From: Bdellovibrionota bacterium
GTDB taxonomy: Bacteria; Bdellovibrionota_G; JALEGL01; DATDPG01
Assembly (NCBI GenBank): GCA_963668355.1
Contig: OY764265.1
Location: 1,153,317 to 1,217,316, forward strand
Direction: 5' to 3'
DNA: 64,000 nucleotides
Under the pieces are notes generated by a model that was given only the letters and a program-made list of their open reading frames with translations, had not been told where the DNA came from and did no database searches. The translations under genes were made by a program, and so were the position numbers. Shown piece after piece: positions 1-12,787 of the stretch; the first letter of the stretch is position 1, and each line of letters begins with the position of its first letter.

Positions 1-706
1 GGATGACATCCAGTTTTTAGCCGGGAAAGAGCGTACGCAAGAAGAGTTTTTCCATACATTCAACGCCCTTCACGAAGCCAACAAACAAATTGTTTTAACT
101 TCGGACCGCTTTCCTAAGGAAATTCCTGATCTAGATGAGCGTTTGAGGTCTCGTTTTCAATCGGGCTTATTCTGTGACATTCAGCCTCCAGACGTAGAAA
201 CTCGTGTGGCCATCCTCAAAAAGCGGGCTGAATCGGAAAGTCTGGTTTTACCTGACGATGTAGCTCTCTTTTTGGCCAAAAAGGTGAAATCCAATATCCG
301 TGTTCTGGAGGGGGCCTTCATTCGACTAACCGCCTTTGCGTCCATTAGTCGGCGGCCCATTACGCTGGAATTGACCGAAGAGGTCTTTGGTTCCTTGGCC
401 CCTGAGGAGTCTCGGATCACCATCGAAGCCATTCAAAAACGCGTAGCGGAGTTCTTTAATCTAAACGTTGCCGATTTGAAGTCTTCCCGGCGCCACAAAG
501 TGGTGGCCCTGCCGCGACAAATTGCCATGTATCTAAGCCGAAAGCTAACTCAGGCCTCGTTTCCAGAGCTAGGGAGCCGTTTTGGTGGGAAAGATCACAC
601 CACGGTCATGCATGCCGTCCAAAAAGTCGAACGGCTTCTAGATGATGATTCTCCCCTTCGAAATTCCGTTTCTACCATCGAAAAAACGCTTACCAGTGGT
701 GTGTAA
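1..706 (+). CDS. dnaA: Chromosomal replication initiator DnaA, C-terminal part (5' end lies upstream of the window)
   Basis: Frame 2 is open from the window start (DDIQFLAGKERTQEEFFHTFNAL...); C-terminus RQIAMYLSRKLT...FGGKDHTTVMHA is the DnaA domain IV DNA-binding signature; followed by dnaN-recF-gyrB-gyrA. Confidence 0.9.
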   Translation, partial: DDIQFLAGKERTQEEFFHTFNALHEANKQIVLTSDRFPKEIPDLDERLRSRFQSGLFCDIQPPDVETRVAILKKRAESESLVLPDDVALFLAKKVKSNIRVLEGAFIRLTAFASISRRPITLELTEEVFGSLAPEESRITIEAIQKRVAEFFNLNVADLKSSRRHKVVALPRQIAMYLSRKLTQASFPELGSRFGGKDHTTVMHAVQKVERLLDDDSPLRNSVSTIEKTLTSGV

Positions 707-923
707 ACTCCATTGCTTCTTGTGGATAAATATGATTCTTATTCTCAGCTTCTGGGGAAACCACAGTTATGAATATTCAAGAAGTCCATAGGGTGTCCAT
801 TTCATACACAGGCCAAAATTTTTCTCGTCGGCCTGGAAAGGCTTTTTCCCGAGTTTTCTGCAGTTATCCCCAGGACATACTGCTACTATCTTTTATATAT
901 ACTTATATTTACTTATTTAACGG
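707..923. promoter_or_regulatory. Candidate oriC segment / dnaN upstream region with DnaA-box-like 9-mers and an AT-rich element
   Basis: TTATCCACA (perfect, minus strand) at 721-729; TCATACACA at 802-810; TTATCCCCA at 864-872; AT-rich run cttttatatatacttatatttacttatttaa at about 890-920. Confidence 0.4.
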
Positions 924-2057
924 GTGGGGGTTAGCGTGAAGATTGAATTTGATCGTGACCAATTAGCTAAGGCTCTTCAAAGAGTTGGAACGGTGGTTGA
1001 AAAGAAATCAACCATGCCTGCTTTGGGAAATGTTTTACTTGAAGCAAAAGACAAAGAATTAACGTTAACGGCAACGGATTTAGAAACCACGATCCAAAGT
1101 ACGTGTGCAGTGAAAGTTACCGAAGAGGGTCGAATTTGCATTCCAGCCAAAAGCCTTTTGGATATTGTGAAAGAGCTTCCTAACCGAACCGGCACCCTTT
1201 CTAGAACCGACAACGACTGGATGATTTTGGAAAGTGGAAAAGCTCATTTTCGCGTTGTGGGTATGGAACCCAATAAATTCCCAAAAGTTCTCAATAAAGA
1301 GGAATTTAAGTTTGAGCAAATTCGTGTGGATACCTTAAAGAAGGGTGTCGACAAAACCAGCTTTGCCATTTCCACCGATGAAATGCGCTACAACTTAAAT
1401 GGCGTTTTTGTTGAATTTAAAAAAGATGGAAAAAAACCGGAGGTTCGATTTGTCGCCACAGATGGTCATCGATTGGCCGTGATTGACCGAGAATTGAGCG
1501 ATGATGAAACCTTTCGATCTGAAAAAGGATTTATCCTTCCCCGCAAAGGCGTCATGGAGCTCAAACGTCTTTTAGGTGGATTGGAACAAAAACATATTGA
1601 AATTGCATTGACCGATTCCAATGCGGTCTTTCGAATGGAAGACATCGTCATTTTCATGCGTTTGGTGGTTGGCGAATTCCCGGATTACAGCGCGGTCATT
1701 CCCAAAGGAAATAAGAAAAAACTGAAAATGAATCGAGCCCATTTTTCCAACAGTCTCCGACGTGTTTCTTTGCTTTCAGAAGGAAAATCCAAATGCGTTC
1801 GTCTTGGCATTCGTCAAGATGGCGTTCACTTGGTGGCGAATAGTCCAGAATTGGGAGAAGCCGAGGAAGATGTGGTCGGCGAATTTACCGGTGGCGAACT
1901 GGAGATCGGATTCAACGCCCGCTATCTTTTGGATGTATTGAGCGTGATCGAAGGAGAAGAAGTGGTTTTGGAACTTGACCACGAGACCAGTCCTGGGGTT
2001 GTGCGGGTACCGGAAGAAGTCGGCTTTTTCGGCGTGATTATGCCCATGCGGGTATAA
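924..2057 (+). CDS. dnaN: DNA polymerase III beta sliding clamp
   Basis: 377-aa ORF with three-domain clamp-like length and pattern; canonical position after dnaA; GTG start at 924 (alternative GTG at 936). Confidence 0.93.
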   Translation: MGVSVKIEFDRDQLAKALQRVGTVVEKKSTMPALGNVLLEAKDKELTLTATDLETTIQSTCAVKVTEEGRICIPAKSLLDIVKELPNRTGTLSRTDNDWMILESGKAHFRVVGMEPNKFPKVLNKEEFKFEQIRVDTLKKGVDKTSFAISTDEMRYNLNGVFVEFKKDGKKPEVRFVATDGHRLAVIDRELSDDETFRSEKGFILPRKGVMELKRLLGGLEQKHIEIALTDSNAVFRMEDIVIFMRLVVGEFPDYSAVIPKGNKKKLKMNRAHFSNSLRRVSLLSEGKSKCVRLGIRQDGVHLVANSPELGEAEEDVVGEFTGGELEIGFNARYLLDVLSVIEGEEVVLELDHETSPGVVRVPEEVGFFGVIMPMRV

Positions 2058-2101
2058 GGATTCGATCCTCCTTCATGTTGAAGGAATGAGAAGAGATTTC
2101 T

Positions 2102-3199
2102 TTGAAGGTTAGTCAACTTCAGTTGGTGCAATTTCGGCTTTATTCTCGGCTGGATGTGAGCTTTTCTGACGGGTTTTCGGTGTTTTTTGGCCCCAATGGA
2201 GCCGGAAAAACCACCATTTTGGAGGCCCTTTATTTTTTAATGACGCTCAAATCATTTCGCTCATCTCGAAATACAGACCTCATAGGGACGCCTTACACAG
2301 AATGTGGCCTGAGCGCCAAGTTTGAGGATCCGTCAATTCATGCCCAAATCGAACTGAAAACGCGGGGGCAAAAAAAAGAACTCGACGGAAAAGCGATTCG
2401 AAAAACCCTCGATTTTTGCAAACATTTTTCGGTGGTGGCCCTGTGCCCAGAACACCAAGGAATCCTTTCCGGAGCCCCGGAAGAGCGGCGCAAATATTTG
2501 GATCGCGTGCTTTTTTCTCAAGAGGCACCCTACTTGAATAAAGCACAACGATATCGAAAGGCCTTAAAACATAAACAGGCGCTGCTTCGAGAAGACTTAA
2601 GCTTTGAAGCTTATAAAGATCAGGTTTCTCCGTGGAATCAAGAAATCCTCGCATTGGGCCAAGAGATGCGCCGGGCACGCAGACAAATGATCGACACGTT
2701 GACGCCGCGATTTAAAAAACATCACGGCGTGCTCTTTGAAAAGGACGAGGTCAATTTAAGCTATGAGTGTTCCACAACCCCCTTGGAAGAAGAGTTACAA
2801 GAACGAGGGCGCCAAGAATATTTCGCTAAGAGAGTGCTTTTTGGTCCCCACAGAGATGATGTGCTCATTTCATTAAGAGGGCGGAAAGCCGCTGAAATTG
2901 CGAGCCAGGGAGAGAGAGCTTCGCTGTTGCTTTCCTTAAAGCTGAGCGAAATTGAGCTGGCGGAAGAAGGTATGCGCTCCAAACCCATTTTGCTTTTGGA
3001 CGACCTGGGCGCGACATTGGACATGGGTCGAAGAGAACGGCTTCTCGATTTTCTAAAAACGGGGTCTCATCAAACACTTATCACCACGACAGAACCATCT
3101 TTAGTAGAGGTTTTGCGAGGGATGGGTTCACAAGTTCTAGAACCCCAAAAGACTTCTCTCGAAGAGGGCATTTCGATTGCACGCTGGTTGCCGGCATGA
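2102..3199 (+). CDS. recF: DNA replication and repair protein RecF
   Basis: Walker A FGPNGAGKTTILEA near N-terminus, SMC-like ABC ATPase architecture, about 365 aa, between dnaN and gyrB; TTG start. Confidence 0.92.
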   Translation: MKVSQLQLVQFRLYSRLDVSFSDGFSVFFGPNGAGKTTILEALYFLMTLKSFRSSRNTDLIGTPYTECGLSAKFEDPSIHAQIELKTRGQKKELDGKAIRKTLDFCKHFSVVALCPEHQGILSGAPEERRKYLDRVLFSQEAPYLNKAQRYRKALKHKQALLREDLSFEAYKDQVSPWNQEILALGQEMRRARRQMIDTLTPRFKKHHGVLFEKDEVNLSYECSTTPLEEELQERGRQEYFAKRVLFGPHRDDVLISLRGRKAAEIASQGERASLLLSLKLSEIELAEEGMRSKPILLLDDLGATLDMGRRERLLDFLKTGSHQTLITTTEPSLVEVLRGMGSQVLEPQKTSLEEGISIARWLPA

Positions 3200-3230
3200 T
3201 AAATCTCGCCTTCCTTTTTTGGAGTATTAG

Positions 3231-5681
<2,451 letters not shown>

Positions 5682-5691
5682 GAGGGGCGAA

Positions 5692-8160
5692 ATGGGTACG
5701 AAAGAAGCAGTCAGAGAAATTCCCCGTTCCATTGAAGAGGAAATGCGTGCGTCATACCTCGATTATGCCATGAGCGTCATCGTGGGACGTGCACTTCCAG
5801 ACATTCGCGACGGATTAAAACCCGTCCACCGGCGCGTGCTCTATGGCATGTATGACATGGGCAACACGCATAGCAAGCCTTACAAGAAATCGGCACGCGT
5901 GGTCGGGGATGTCATGGGTAAATATCATCCGCATGGCGATTCAGCGATTTACGACACGATTGTGCGCATGGCCCAAGACTTTTCTCTTCGATATCCGCTG
6001 GTGGATGGCCAAGGGAACTTTGGATCCATCGATGGCGATTCAGCGGCCGCCATGCGTTACACCGAAATTCGGATGGATCGCATAGCCGAAGAATTTCTCG
6101 AAGACATCGAAAAAGAAACGGTCAAATTTGGTCGAAACTATGATGACTCCTTAGATGAGCCGCTGGTTTTGCCTACGCGTGTTCCGAACCTGTTAGTTAA
6201 CGGATCCTCCGGAATTGCCGTTGGAATGGCCACAAACATTCCCCCACACAATCTAACCGAAATTTGCGATGGCGTGGTTTCCATGATTCGAAACCCCGAA
6301 CTTTCGGATAAAGAGCTTTTTACAACGGTTAAGGGACCCGATTTTCCCACGGGCGGCATCATTTATGGCCGAACGGGCATCAAGAGCGCGTTCACAACCG
6401 GGCGAGGAAAATTCATCATCCGCGCTCGCGCCATGATTGAGGACATGAAAAAGGGCGATCGTCAGCAGATCGTTGTCACGGAAATTCCCTATCAGGTGAA
6501 TAAAGTTCGGCTCATCGAAGCCATTGCAAATCTGGTTCGAAACAAAAAAATCGAAGGAATATCTGATCTGAGGGATGAGTCGGATCGAGATGGAATGCGG
6601 ATTGTCATTGAGCTCAAGCGAGATGCCAACTCGGCCGTAATTTTGAACCAACTGTATGCGAACACGCAAATGCAAACCTCTTTTGGCGTGATCATGCTGG
6701 GACTGGTCAACGGCCAACCCAAAGTGGTTTCACTCCGCGAGGCCATGGAAATTTTCATTGGTCACCGAAAAGAAGTTGTCATTCGACGGACCATCTTTGA
6801 CTTGCGAAAGGCCGAAGAAAAAGCCCATCTTTTGGAGGGCTTAAAAATTGCCTTGGAAAACATTGATGAGGTTATCCGAATCATCAAAAAGTCCAAAGAT
6901 CCTCATTTGGCTCGAGAGGCACTTTGTAAAAAGTTTTCATTATCCGAACGACAATCCACCGCGATTCTGGAAATGCGTCTCCAACGGTTAACCAACCTGG
7001 AACGCGATAAAATTTTAGAGGACTACAAAGCTACGCTTGAACTCATTAAGAAATATCGCGCGATTTTGGCCGATGAAAAATTGGTCTACAACATCATCGT
7101 GGATGAGTTGGAAGAGATTAAGAAAAAGTATGGTGACAAGCGATTGACCGAAATTCGAGCTCAATTGGATGAATTTTCCGAAGAAGATCTCATAGCCGAA
7201 GAAGATATGGTGGTGACGATCACGCATGCCGGATACATCAAGCGAAACCCCGTGACGATGTATCGCAACCAGCGTCGAGGTGGACGAGGGAAAATTGGGA
7301 CCGGGATCCGAGAGGAAGACTTTGTCACGTCGCTCTTTGTGACCTCAACACACGACTATCTTTTGATTTTCACAGACCGTGGGAAATTATATTGGGTCAA
7401 AGTTCACGAACTTCCCCAAGCGGGAAGAGCGGCGAAGGGAAAACCTTTGGTGAACTTGATTCGTTTGAGTCCGCAAGAAAATGTCACGGCCATTTTACCC
7501 GTTCGGGAATTTGTCGAAGGAAAGCAGATTGTGATGGCGACGAGAAAAGGCGTGATCAAGAAGACAGACCTGATGGCTTTTTCTAACCCAAGGGCGGCAG
7601 GAATCATTGCCTGTGGAATTGATGAAGGGGACCGAATGATCTCCGCCGCGATTACCGAAGGAAACTCGGAAATCTTTTTGGCCACGCGAACGGGCCAGGC
7701 CATTCGTTTTAAAGAGGCCAACGTTCGTTCCATGGGTCGGCAGGCTTACGGCGTAAAGGGCGTTGAGCTTGGAAAGGGCGATGCGGTTGTCGGCATGGAA
7801 GTGTTGACCGGCGAGGGCTTGATGTTGACAGCCACGGAGAATGGTTACGGAAAATTGACCGAAACCACCGAATACCGAACACAGAGCCGCGGCGGAAAAG
7901 GCATCATGACCATGAAGGTCACCGAAAAGAATGGCCCGGTGGTTGGGGTGGCCCAGGTTGCTAAAGATGATGATGTGATGCTCATCAGCGATCATGGAAA
8001 ACTCATCCGAACCCAGGCCAAGGGCATTTCGATCTATGGTCGGGCAACGCAGGGTGTTCGCCTCATTCATATGGAAAAGACCGAAAAACTCGTTGCATTA
8101 GCGAAAATCGTTCCCGAAGACGAAGAAGAAGCTACAGCCCCTGTTGCTGGAAACGCTTAA
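5692..8160 (+). CDS. gyrA: DNA gyrase subunit A
   Basis: 822 aa; N-terminal [31 protein letters not shown] and active-site region AAMRYTE; AGGAGG RBS. Confidence 0.97.
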   Translation: MGTKEAVREIPRSIEEEMRASYLDYAMSVIVGRALPDIRDGLKPVHRRVLYGMYDMGNTHSKPYKKSARVVGDVMGKYHPHGDSAIYDTIVRMAQDFSLRYPLVDGQGNFGSIDGDSAAAMRYTEIRMDRIAEEFLEDIEKETVKFGRNYDDSLDEPLVLPTRVPNLLVNGSSGIAVGMATNIPPHNLTEICDGVVSMIRNPELSDKELFTTVKGPDFPTGGIIYGRTGIKSAFTTGRGKFIIRARAMIEDMKKGDRQQIVVTEIPYQVNKVRLIEAIANLVRNKKIEGISDLRDESDRDGMRIVIELKRDANSAVILNQLYANTQMQTSFGVIMLGLVNGQPKVVSLREAMEIFIGHRKEVVIRRTIFDLRKAEEKAHLLEGLKIALENIDEVIRIIKKSKDPHLAREALCKKFSLSERQSTAILEMRLQRLTNLERDKILEDYKATLELIKKYRAILADEKLVYNIIVDELEEIKKKYGDKRLTEIRAQLDEFSEEDLIAEEDMVVTITHAGYIKRNPVTMYRNQRRGGRGKIGTGIREEDFVTSLFVTSTHDYLLIFTDRGKLYWVKVHELPQAGRAAKGKPLVNLIRLSPQENVTAILPVREFVEGKQIVMATRKGVIKKTDLMAFSNPRAAGIIACGIDEGDRMISAAITEGNSEIFLATRTGQAIRFKEANVRSMGRQAYGVKGVELGKGDAVVGMEVLTGEGLMLTATENGYGKLTETTEYRTQSRGGKGIMTMKVTEKNGPVVGVAQVAKDDDVMLISDHGKLIRTQAKGISIYGRATQGVRLIHMEKTEKLVALAKIVPEDEEEATAPVAGNA

Positions 8161-8230
8161 AAAGCGCGACACCCGTCGCGCAAGAGGACTCCGAAATCGT
8201 TGTTAAGAACAGCTACGTTTAAGGGAAGCA

Positions 8231-8419
8231 AATCTGAGGAAGAGTCTCTCCGCTTCGGGTTACGTTCGCTCCAAAGACTACGATCACTGCAGGCGGGGCC
8301 CCTCGTTGTCCGCCCAGCGTCAAGCATAGCTTGCCGCAGGTCGTCTCCGTTTCCCCTACCTTCCGTTCACGAGGTCTTTGGGCTCTCTTCACAGGCGCGG
8401 AGAGACTCTTCCTCAGATT
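8231..8419. repeat. Perfect 23-bp inverted repeat pair (AATCTGAGGAAGAGTCTCTCCGC and its reverse complement) flanking a 143-bp interior
   Basis: Arm 1 at 8231-8253 and arm 2 at 8397-8419 are exact reverse complements; interior shows further imperfect complementarity (CCAAAGAC / GTCTTTGG). Confidence 0.8.
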
Positions 8420-8541
8420 CGCTTTTCGTCATGAGTAATTCTTTTATCTCGCTCCCCTCGCTTGAAATCATTCATTCAAACGGAGACACCTTTTTTGTGA
8501 GAGATGTTTTTAAAGTTACCTTGGAAATGTTGAAAGGGTGG

Positions 8542-8600
8542 CCGACAGGGAAAGGGGCTCCGAGCACTGTCGGGGCGCAGCGAGCCCCTTTCCCTGTCGG
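8542..8600. repeat. Perfect 19-bp stem hairpin (CCGACAGGGAAAGGGGCTC ... GAGCCCCTTTCCCTGTCGG) with 21-nt loop
   Basis: Exact reverse-complement arms at 8542-8560 and 8582-8600; no downstream T-tract. Confidence 0.8.
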
Positions 8601-8756
8601 TCAGGACCCTCCCACAAAATCTCCTCGGCTCACTTTATGCCCAGAACGAAACTCATGCGCGACGAATGTCGCGCATTTACGGATGTCGCGCTTTTTGAGT
8701 TTGGTTTTGAAGGAAGGGCCTTGCTTACATTTCGGATCTGGGGCAGCATCGGGGGC

Positions 8757-9551
8757 GTGAAGGTTTTTTATCTCATCATTCTTGTCAGCCTGGTTGGTTG
8801 TGCTACGGCAGACTTTCGAACCGCAGAAGAAATGGTTCGCCACCAGAAATTCTATAATGGCATAGAACTTTACCTAACCTTTGTCCGAGAGCACCCCAAG
8901 CACAGACGTGCGCCCGAAGCGTTGTTTGAAGTTGGAAATATTCAACAACTCATGTTGAACGATCACAAACAGGCCATGGCCACGTATCGAAAACTGGTCA
9001 ACAACTTTCCCATTAGCCACTACACCATCAACGCCCAACAACGAATCGCAGAGATCTACAAAACCCAACAAGCGGATTATCGTCAGGCCATCGTTGAATA
9101 CGAAAAACTCATCCAAGCTTCCCCCAAAAACCCCCAAGCGGGGAACTATCAGCTTGAGATCGCACAATGCTACACGCTCCTACACAACTACGAACAAGCG
9201 GCGATTGAATTTCAAAAACTCATCGATGAATATCCTGCCTATGGACGCCTGGACGAGGTGTTTTTTCAGGCAGGAAACAATTTTTACATCAGCGGAAAGT
9301 ATAAGGAAGCCATTCAAAGCTATGAAACGGTTTTGAGTCGATTTCCAAACTCCAATTTTCGCCCCCAAGCTCTTTTTGGAATCGGGGGGGCCTATGAGGA
9401 GATGGACCAGTTCAAAGAGGCACGCAAGTATTATGAGATGGTGGTGAAAGATTACCCCTCTCCCCAAGTCGTTCAGATTCGCTTAAAGGGTTTGTCTGAG
9501 CGAGAGAAGAAGAAGACCAAGATCGCAAAGGGCGCACATATCCGGCATTGA
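8757..9551 (+). CDS. TPR-repeat lipoprotein (YbgF/tol-pal-associated-like)
   Basis: In-frame GTG start gives MKVFYLIILVSLVGC lipoprotein signal; tetratricopeptide-like repeats follow; the longer ORF-track start at 8538 runs through the palindromes and is unlikely. Confidence 0.6.
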   Translation: MKVFYLIILVSLVGCATADFRTAEEMVRHQKFYNGIELYLTFVREHPKHRRAPEALFEVGNIQQLMLNDHKQAMATYRKLVNNFPISHYTINAQQRIAEIYKTQQADYRQAIVEYEKLIQASPKNPQAGNYQLEIAQCYTLLHNYEQAAIEFQKLIDEYPAYGRLDEVFFQAGNNFYISGKYKEAIQSYETVLSRFPNSNFRPQALFGIGGAYEEMDQFKEARKYYEMVVKDYPSPQVVQIRLKGLSEREKKKTKIAKGAHIRH

Positions 9552-10894
9552 TGGACGCCTGGTCGCCCCTTGCCACCCGATCGAATCCGTCTATACTTCA
9601 TCCTCTTATGACAACCGGCAGTCTATCGAAAGAACTTTTCAACGCATCCATGAAACTCATTCCAGGAGGTGTGAATTCCCCTGTTAGGGCTTTTCACAGC
9701 GTTGGAGGAGAACCCCTTTTCATTGAAAAAGGAAAGGGCGCCATGTTGGTGGACGCAGACGGTCAAGAATACATTGACTATATGATGAGCTGGGGAGCGT
9801 TGTTGCACGGTCACGCGCACAAAGAAATTACCGGTAAAATTGCAAAAGCTTTGGAACGAGGAACGTCCTTTGGGGCGCCAACAGGCTTTGAATTGGAATT
9901 GGCAAAATTGGTTACAGACGCCCTTCCCGCTATGGACATGATCCGGTTGGTGAACTCCGGGACGGAGGCGACCATGTCCGCCATTCGGCTGGCCCGAGGA
10001 CACACAAACCGAAAAAAGATCATCAAGTTTGATGGCTGCTATCATGGTCATGTCGACGCTCTTCTGGTTGAAGCCGGCAGCGGTGTGGCCACGCTGGGCA
10101 TTCCGGGTTCGCCGGGCATTCCGGAGGAAGTCACGGCACACACGATCAGCCTCCCGTTCAATGATTTGGAAGCGGTTCGAGAGGTCTTTCAGAAAGACCC
10201 CCAAGGTTTTGCGGCCGTGATTGTAGAGCCGGTTGCTGGAAATATGGGCGTCATCCCCCCGCAAGAAGGATTTTTACAAGGCTTAAGGACGCTTACAGAA
10301 GAGCACGGCACGTTGCTCATTTTGGATGAAGTCATGACGGGTTTTCGCGTGGCGTGGGAAGGAGCTCAAGGCATGTTTCAGGTCACACCGGACCTGACCT
10401 GTTTGGGGAAAATCATCGGTGGGGGCCTTCCGGTAGGAGCCTATGGCGGAAAACGCGAAATCATGGAAAAAATTGCGCCCGCCGGACCCATTTACCAAGC
10501 CGGGACCTTGTCGGGAAATCCCATCGCCATGGCGGCGGGAACCAAGGCCCTGAAGCTGGCCAAAGAGCCGGAAACCTACCAACGACTGGACTACCGAAGC
10601 CAATATTTAACAGACGAGCTTAAGAAGAGGGCCGATGCGGCGAAGATTCCCATGACGATCAATCGTGTGGGATCCATGTTTACCCTCTTTTTCTCTGAGA
10701 AGCCGATCACAGACCTTCAAGACGTCAAAGAGTCCAATTTGCGTCGGTTTGCTAAGTACTTCAACGCGATGCTGGAAGAAGGGGTCTATTTTCCCCCCTC
10801 CCCGTTCGAAGCTTGCTTCCTGTCAACGGCCCACGGGGAAACCACGATTGAAAAGACCCTTGCGGCGCACGAAAAAGCTCTCAAGAAATTATAA
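9548..10894 (+). CDS. hemL: Glutamate-1-semialdehyde 2,1-aminomutase
   Basis: Class-III aminotransferase pattern (IPGGVNSPVRAF, YIDYMMSWGALLHGHAH, LILDEVMTGFRVA, GKIIGGGLPVGAYGG); start may be ATG 9551 or ATG 9608. Confidence 0.9.
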   Translation: MMDAWSPLATRSNPSILHPLMTTGSLSKELFNASMKLIPGGVNSPVRAFHSVGGEPLFIEKGKGAMLVDADGQEYIDYMMSWGALLHGHAHKEITGKIAKALERGTSFGAPTGFELELAKLVTDALPAMDMIRLVNSGTEATMSAIRLARGHTNRKKIIKFDGCYHGHVDALLVEAGSGVATLGIPGSPGIPEEVTAHTISLPFNDLEAVREVFQKDPQGFAAVIVEPVAGNMGVIPPQEGFLQGLRTLTEEHGTLLILDEVMTGFRVAWEGAQGMFQVTPDLTCLGKIIGGGLPVGAYGGKREIMEKIAPAGPIYQAGTLSGNPIAMAAGTKALKLAKEPETYQRLDYRSQYLTDELKKRADAAKIPMTINRVGSMFTLFFSEKPITDLQDVKESNLRRFAKYFNAMLEEGVYFPPSPFEACFLSTAHGETTIEKTLAAHEKALKKL

Positions 10895-11058
10895 ACGCTT
10901 TCGAATGTACCGAAACGAGGATTCGGGGTGTTGCTTTGACTTACATCCGCGATCTACCTTTGGGGTTTTGGCGAAAGACGCAGACTTGAGTCTCTTGACT
11001 TAGAGGGGGTTTGCTGTAAAAACCGGCACTTTGCGAGGTCAATCCTCCCAATTTCCAT

Positions 11059-11286
11059 ATGATGAAACGTCCCAGGTTAGAGGTTGCGGCGCAAGCGTTG
11101 GAAGCCCTTCTAATGCCGGGAATCGGGCTGATCATAGGAAATGCCTTGGACGGTCGTTGGGGGAGTTCGCCTTGGGGAGCTTTGGTGGGTGCCATCCTTG
11201 GGTTGGCGGTGTCGGCCAAAATTCTCCTCCAAATCGCAAACAGAGAAGATAAACGAAGTGGAAACCAAAACGACAACGAAAATTGA
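11059..11286 (+). CDS. AtpZ/AtpR-like small membrane protein of ATP synthase operons
   Basis: 75 aa with two hydrophobic helices, immediately upstream of atpI-atpB-atpE. Confidence 0.5.
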   Translation: MMKRPRLEVAAQALEALLMPGIGLIIGNALDGRWGSSPWGALVGAILGLAVSAKILLQIANREDKRSGNQNDNEN

Positions 11287-11305
11287 TCGAGCCAATCTGG
11301 GAGTT

Positions 11306-11626
11306 ATGCTTGCCCTGGGTGTGGTGAGTGCATTCACGCTGTCCTGGGATGTGACGATCGGGCTGGTCATCGGTTGTGCCATCATGGCTTTTGATTTTTA
11401 CTTGATGCGCGTCTTGCTGAGCCAGGTATTGTTCGGGACGAGAACCTCGGCCGGCGTGTCCATGGCGTTGCTGGTAGCAAAATTTTTAGGGCTATTTGGT
11501 TTGGTCGCGCTCTGTCTGTTTTTCATTCCCATGAACTTATTTGCATTTGGTTTGGGTGCGACGGCGGTGGTTTTAACGGCAGCCATCGTGGCTATGACCA
11601 TGCAAAAGAAAGCTCAGGAGAAATAA
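11306..11626 (+). CDS. atpI: ATP synthase protein I-like membrane protein
   Basis: About 106-aa hydrophobic protein directly upstream of atpB; ATG 11306 preceded by GGGAG; ORF-track start 11141 overlaps atpZ and is unlikely. Confidence 0.5.
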   Translation: MLALGVVSAFTLSWDVTIGLVIGCAIMAFDFYLMRVLLSQVLFGTRTSAGVSMALLVAKFLGLFGLVALCLFFIPMNLFAFGLGATAVVLTAAIVAMTMQKKAQEK

Positions 11627-11629
11627 AAC

Positions 11630-12379
11630 GTGGACCACCCCTTCACATTTTTTGAACGGTATCTTCCGGGGGTAAACCACCACAACTTGCACATGGTCAC
11701 CGCAACGTTTGTGGTTCTCCTGCTCGCCTTGGCGACGGGGATTCTTTTTCCCAGACTTCGAAAAGCAAAAGAGAACATTCTTCCGGATCGAGGGTTTTCA
11801 CTCCGGAACGGATTTGAAATTTTCATGGACATGATTCGTGGTCTTTGTGAGGACATCATTGGTTCGGATGGCCGAAAATATCTCCCCTTTATTGGAACGG
11901 TATTCTTTTTCATTTTTGGCATGAACATCATCGGAATGATTCCTGGTTTTTTGCCTCCCACGGAAAACGCAGTGACGGGCGCGGCGGTTGCGACCATTGT
12001 GTTCATCGCATTTAATTATTTTGGATTTCAGGAACACGGCCTTTCTTATTTCAAACATTTTTTAGCGCCGGTTCCGATGGGAAAACAAAAAAGCATTTTA
12101 TTCACGGCGCTGTTAGTTCCCGCCATGATTGGATTGCATAGTTTGTTTGCGGCCATTGAGGTTGTTGGCATGGCGTTTCGTCCGGTCTCTTTGTCCATTC
12201 GTTTGTACGGAAACATTTTTGGGGACCACGTGGTTTTGGGAATTTTTTCGGACTTGGTCCCGTGGCTCTTCCCCATGTGTTTTATGGTCTTGGGAATTTT
12301 CGTTTCGTTTATGCAGGCATTTATTTTTATGTTGTTAACGATTGTTTACATTTCGGGAGCTGTGGCTCACGAGCATTAG
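11630..12379 (+). CDS. atpB: F0F1 ATP synthase subunit a
   Basis: 249-aa polytopic membrane protein with subunit-a C-terminal region (LSIRLYGNIFGDHVVL); GTG start. Confidence 0.9.
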   Translation: MDHPFTFFERYLPGVNHHNLHMVTATFVVLLLALATGILFPRLRKAKENILPDRGFSLRNGFEIFMDMIRGLCEDIIGSDGRKYLPFIGTVFFFIFGMNIIGMIPGFLPPTENAVTGAAVATIVFIAFNYFGFQEHGLSYFKHFLAPVPMGKQKSILFTALLVPAMIGLHSLFAAIEVVGMAFRPVSLSIRLYGNIFGDHVVLGIFSDLVPWLFPMCFMVLGIFVSFMQAFIFMLLTIVYISGAVAHEH

Positions 12380-12397
12380 GAAAGGAGCATCGGAAAG

Positions 12398-12736
12398 ATG
12401 AAAATTTTTGGTTTATTGGTCGTTGGCTTAGTGTCGTTGGTTGCAACTGCAGCATTTGCTGAAGGAGGAGCTGAAGCGGCAGCGGCTGGCGCAGCCATGT
12501 TGGGAGATGGTGCGAAACAAGCGCTCGCGATTGGTGCGGGCTTGGGTTTGGCGTTGGCGGTTTTTGGGGGCGCTTTGGGACAATCAAAAGCAACCGCCGC
12601 AGCGGTTTCGGGCATCGCTCGAAATCCAGAATCTCGAAAAGAGCTGTTCATTCCGTTCATGTTGGGACTGGTCTTCATGGAGTCTTTGGTTCTGTACATG
12701 TTCGTTATCGCCTTTTTCTTCATGCAAAAAATTTAA
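12398..12736 (+). CDS. atpE: F0F1 ATP synthase subunit c
   Basis: Helical-hairpin proteolipid with Gly/Ala-rich helix 1 and conserved carboxylate in helix 2 (LGLVFMESLVLY); preceded by GGAAAGGAG RBS. Confidence 0.88.
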   Translation: MKIFGLLVVGLVSLVATAAFAEGGAEAAAAGAAMLGDGAKQALAIGAGLGLALAVFGGALGQSKATAAAVSGIARNPESRKELFIPFMLGLVFMESLVLYMFVIAFFFMQKI

Positions 12737-12749
12737 ACGTTGGAACATA

Positions 12750-12782
12750 GGGAGGCGTTCTCTTTCAGCGCCTCCCTTTTTT
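12750..12782 (+). terminator. Rho-independent terminator-like hairpin downstream of atpE
   Basis: 8-bp GC stem GGGAGGCG / CGCCTCCC, 11-nt loop, followed by TTTTTT (12777-12782). Confidence 0.55.
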
Positions 12783-12787
12783 GTATC

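Noticed and set aside
8161-8756. RNase P RNA, SRP RNA or tmRNA in the palindrome-rich region
   Set aside because: Superficial GGAAAG...GGGCUCC resemblance to the RNase P P4 region, but none of the other conserved blocks (RNase P ACAGAA, SRP GGAAGCAGCC, tmRNA tag reading frame) are present and the perfect hairpins do not fit those structures
8200-8760. 186-aa plus-strand ORF in the gyrA-TPR intergenic interval, and the long N-terminal extension (8538 start) of the TPR gene
   Set aside because: Low-complexity Ser/Arg-rich translation laid over the perfect palindromes, with no RBS; the TPR gene has a convincing lipoprotein signal from the in-frame GTG at 8757
9623-10264. 213-aa minus-strand ORF antisense to hemL
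   Set aside because: Fully embedded in hemL on the opposite strand, Arg/Cys-rich composition typical of antisense reading of coding DNA
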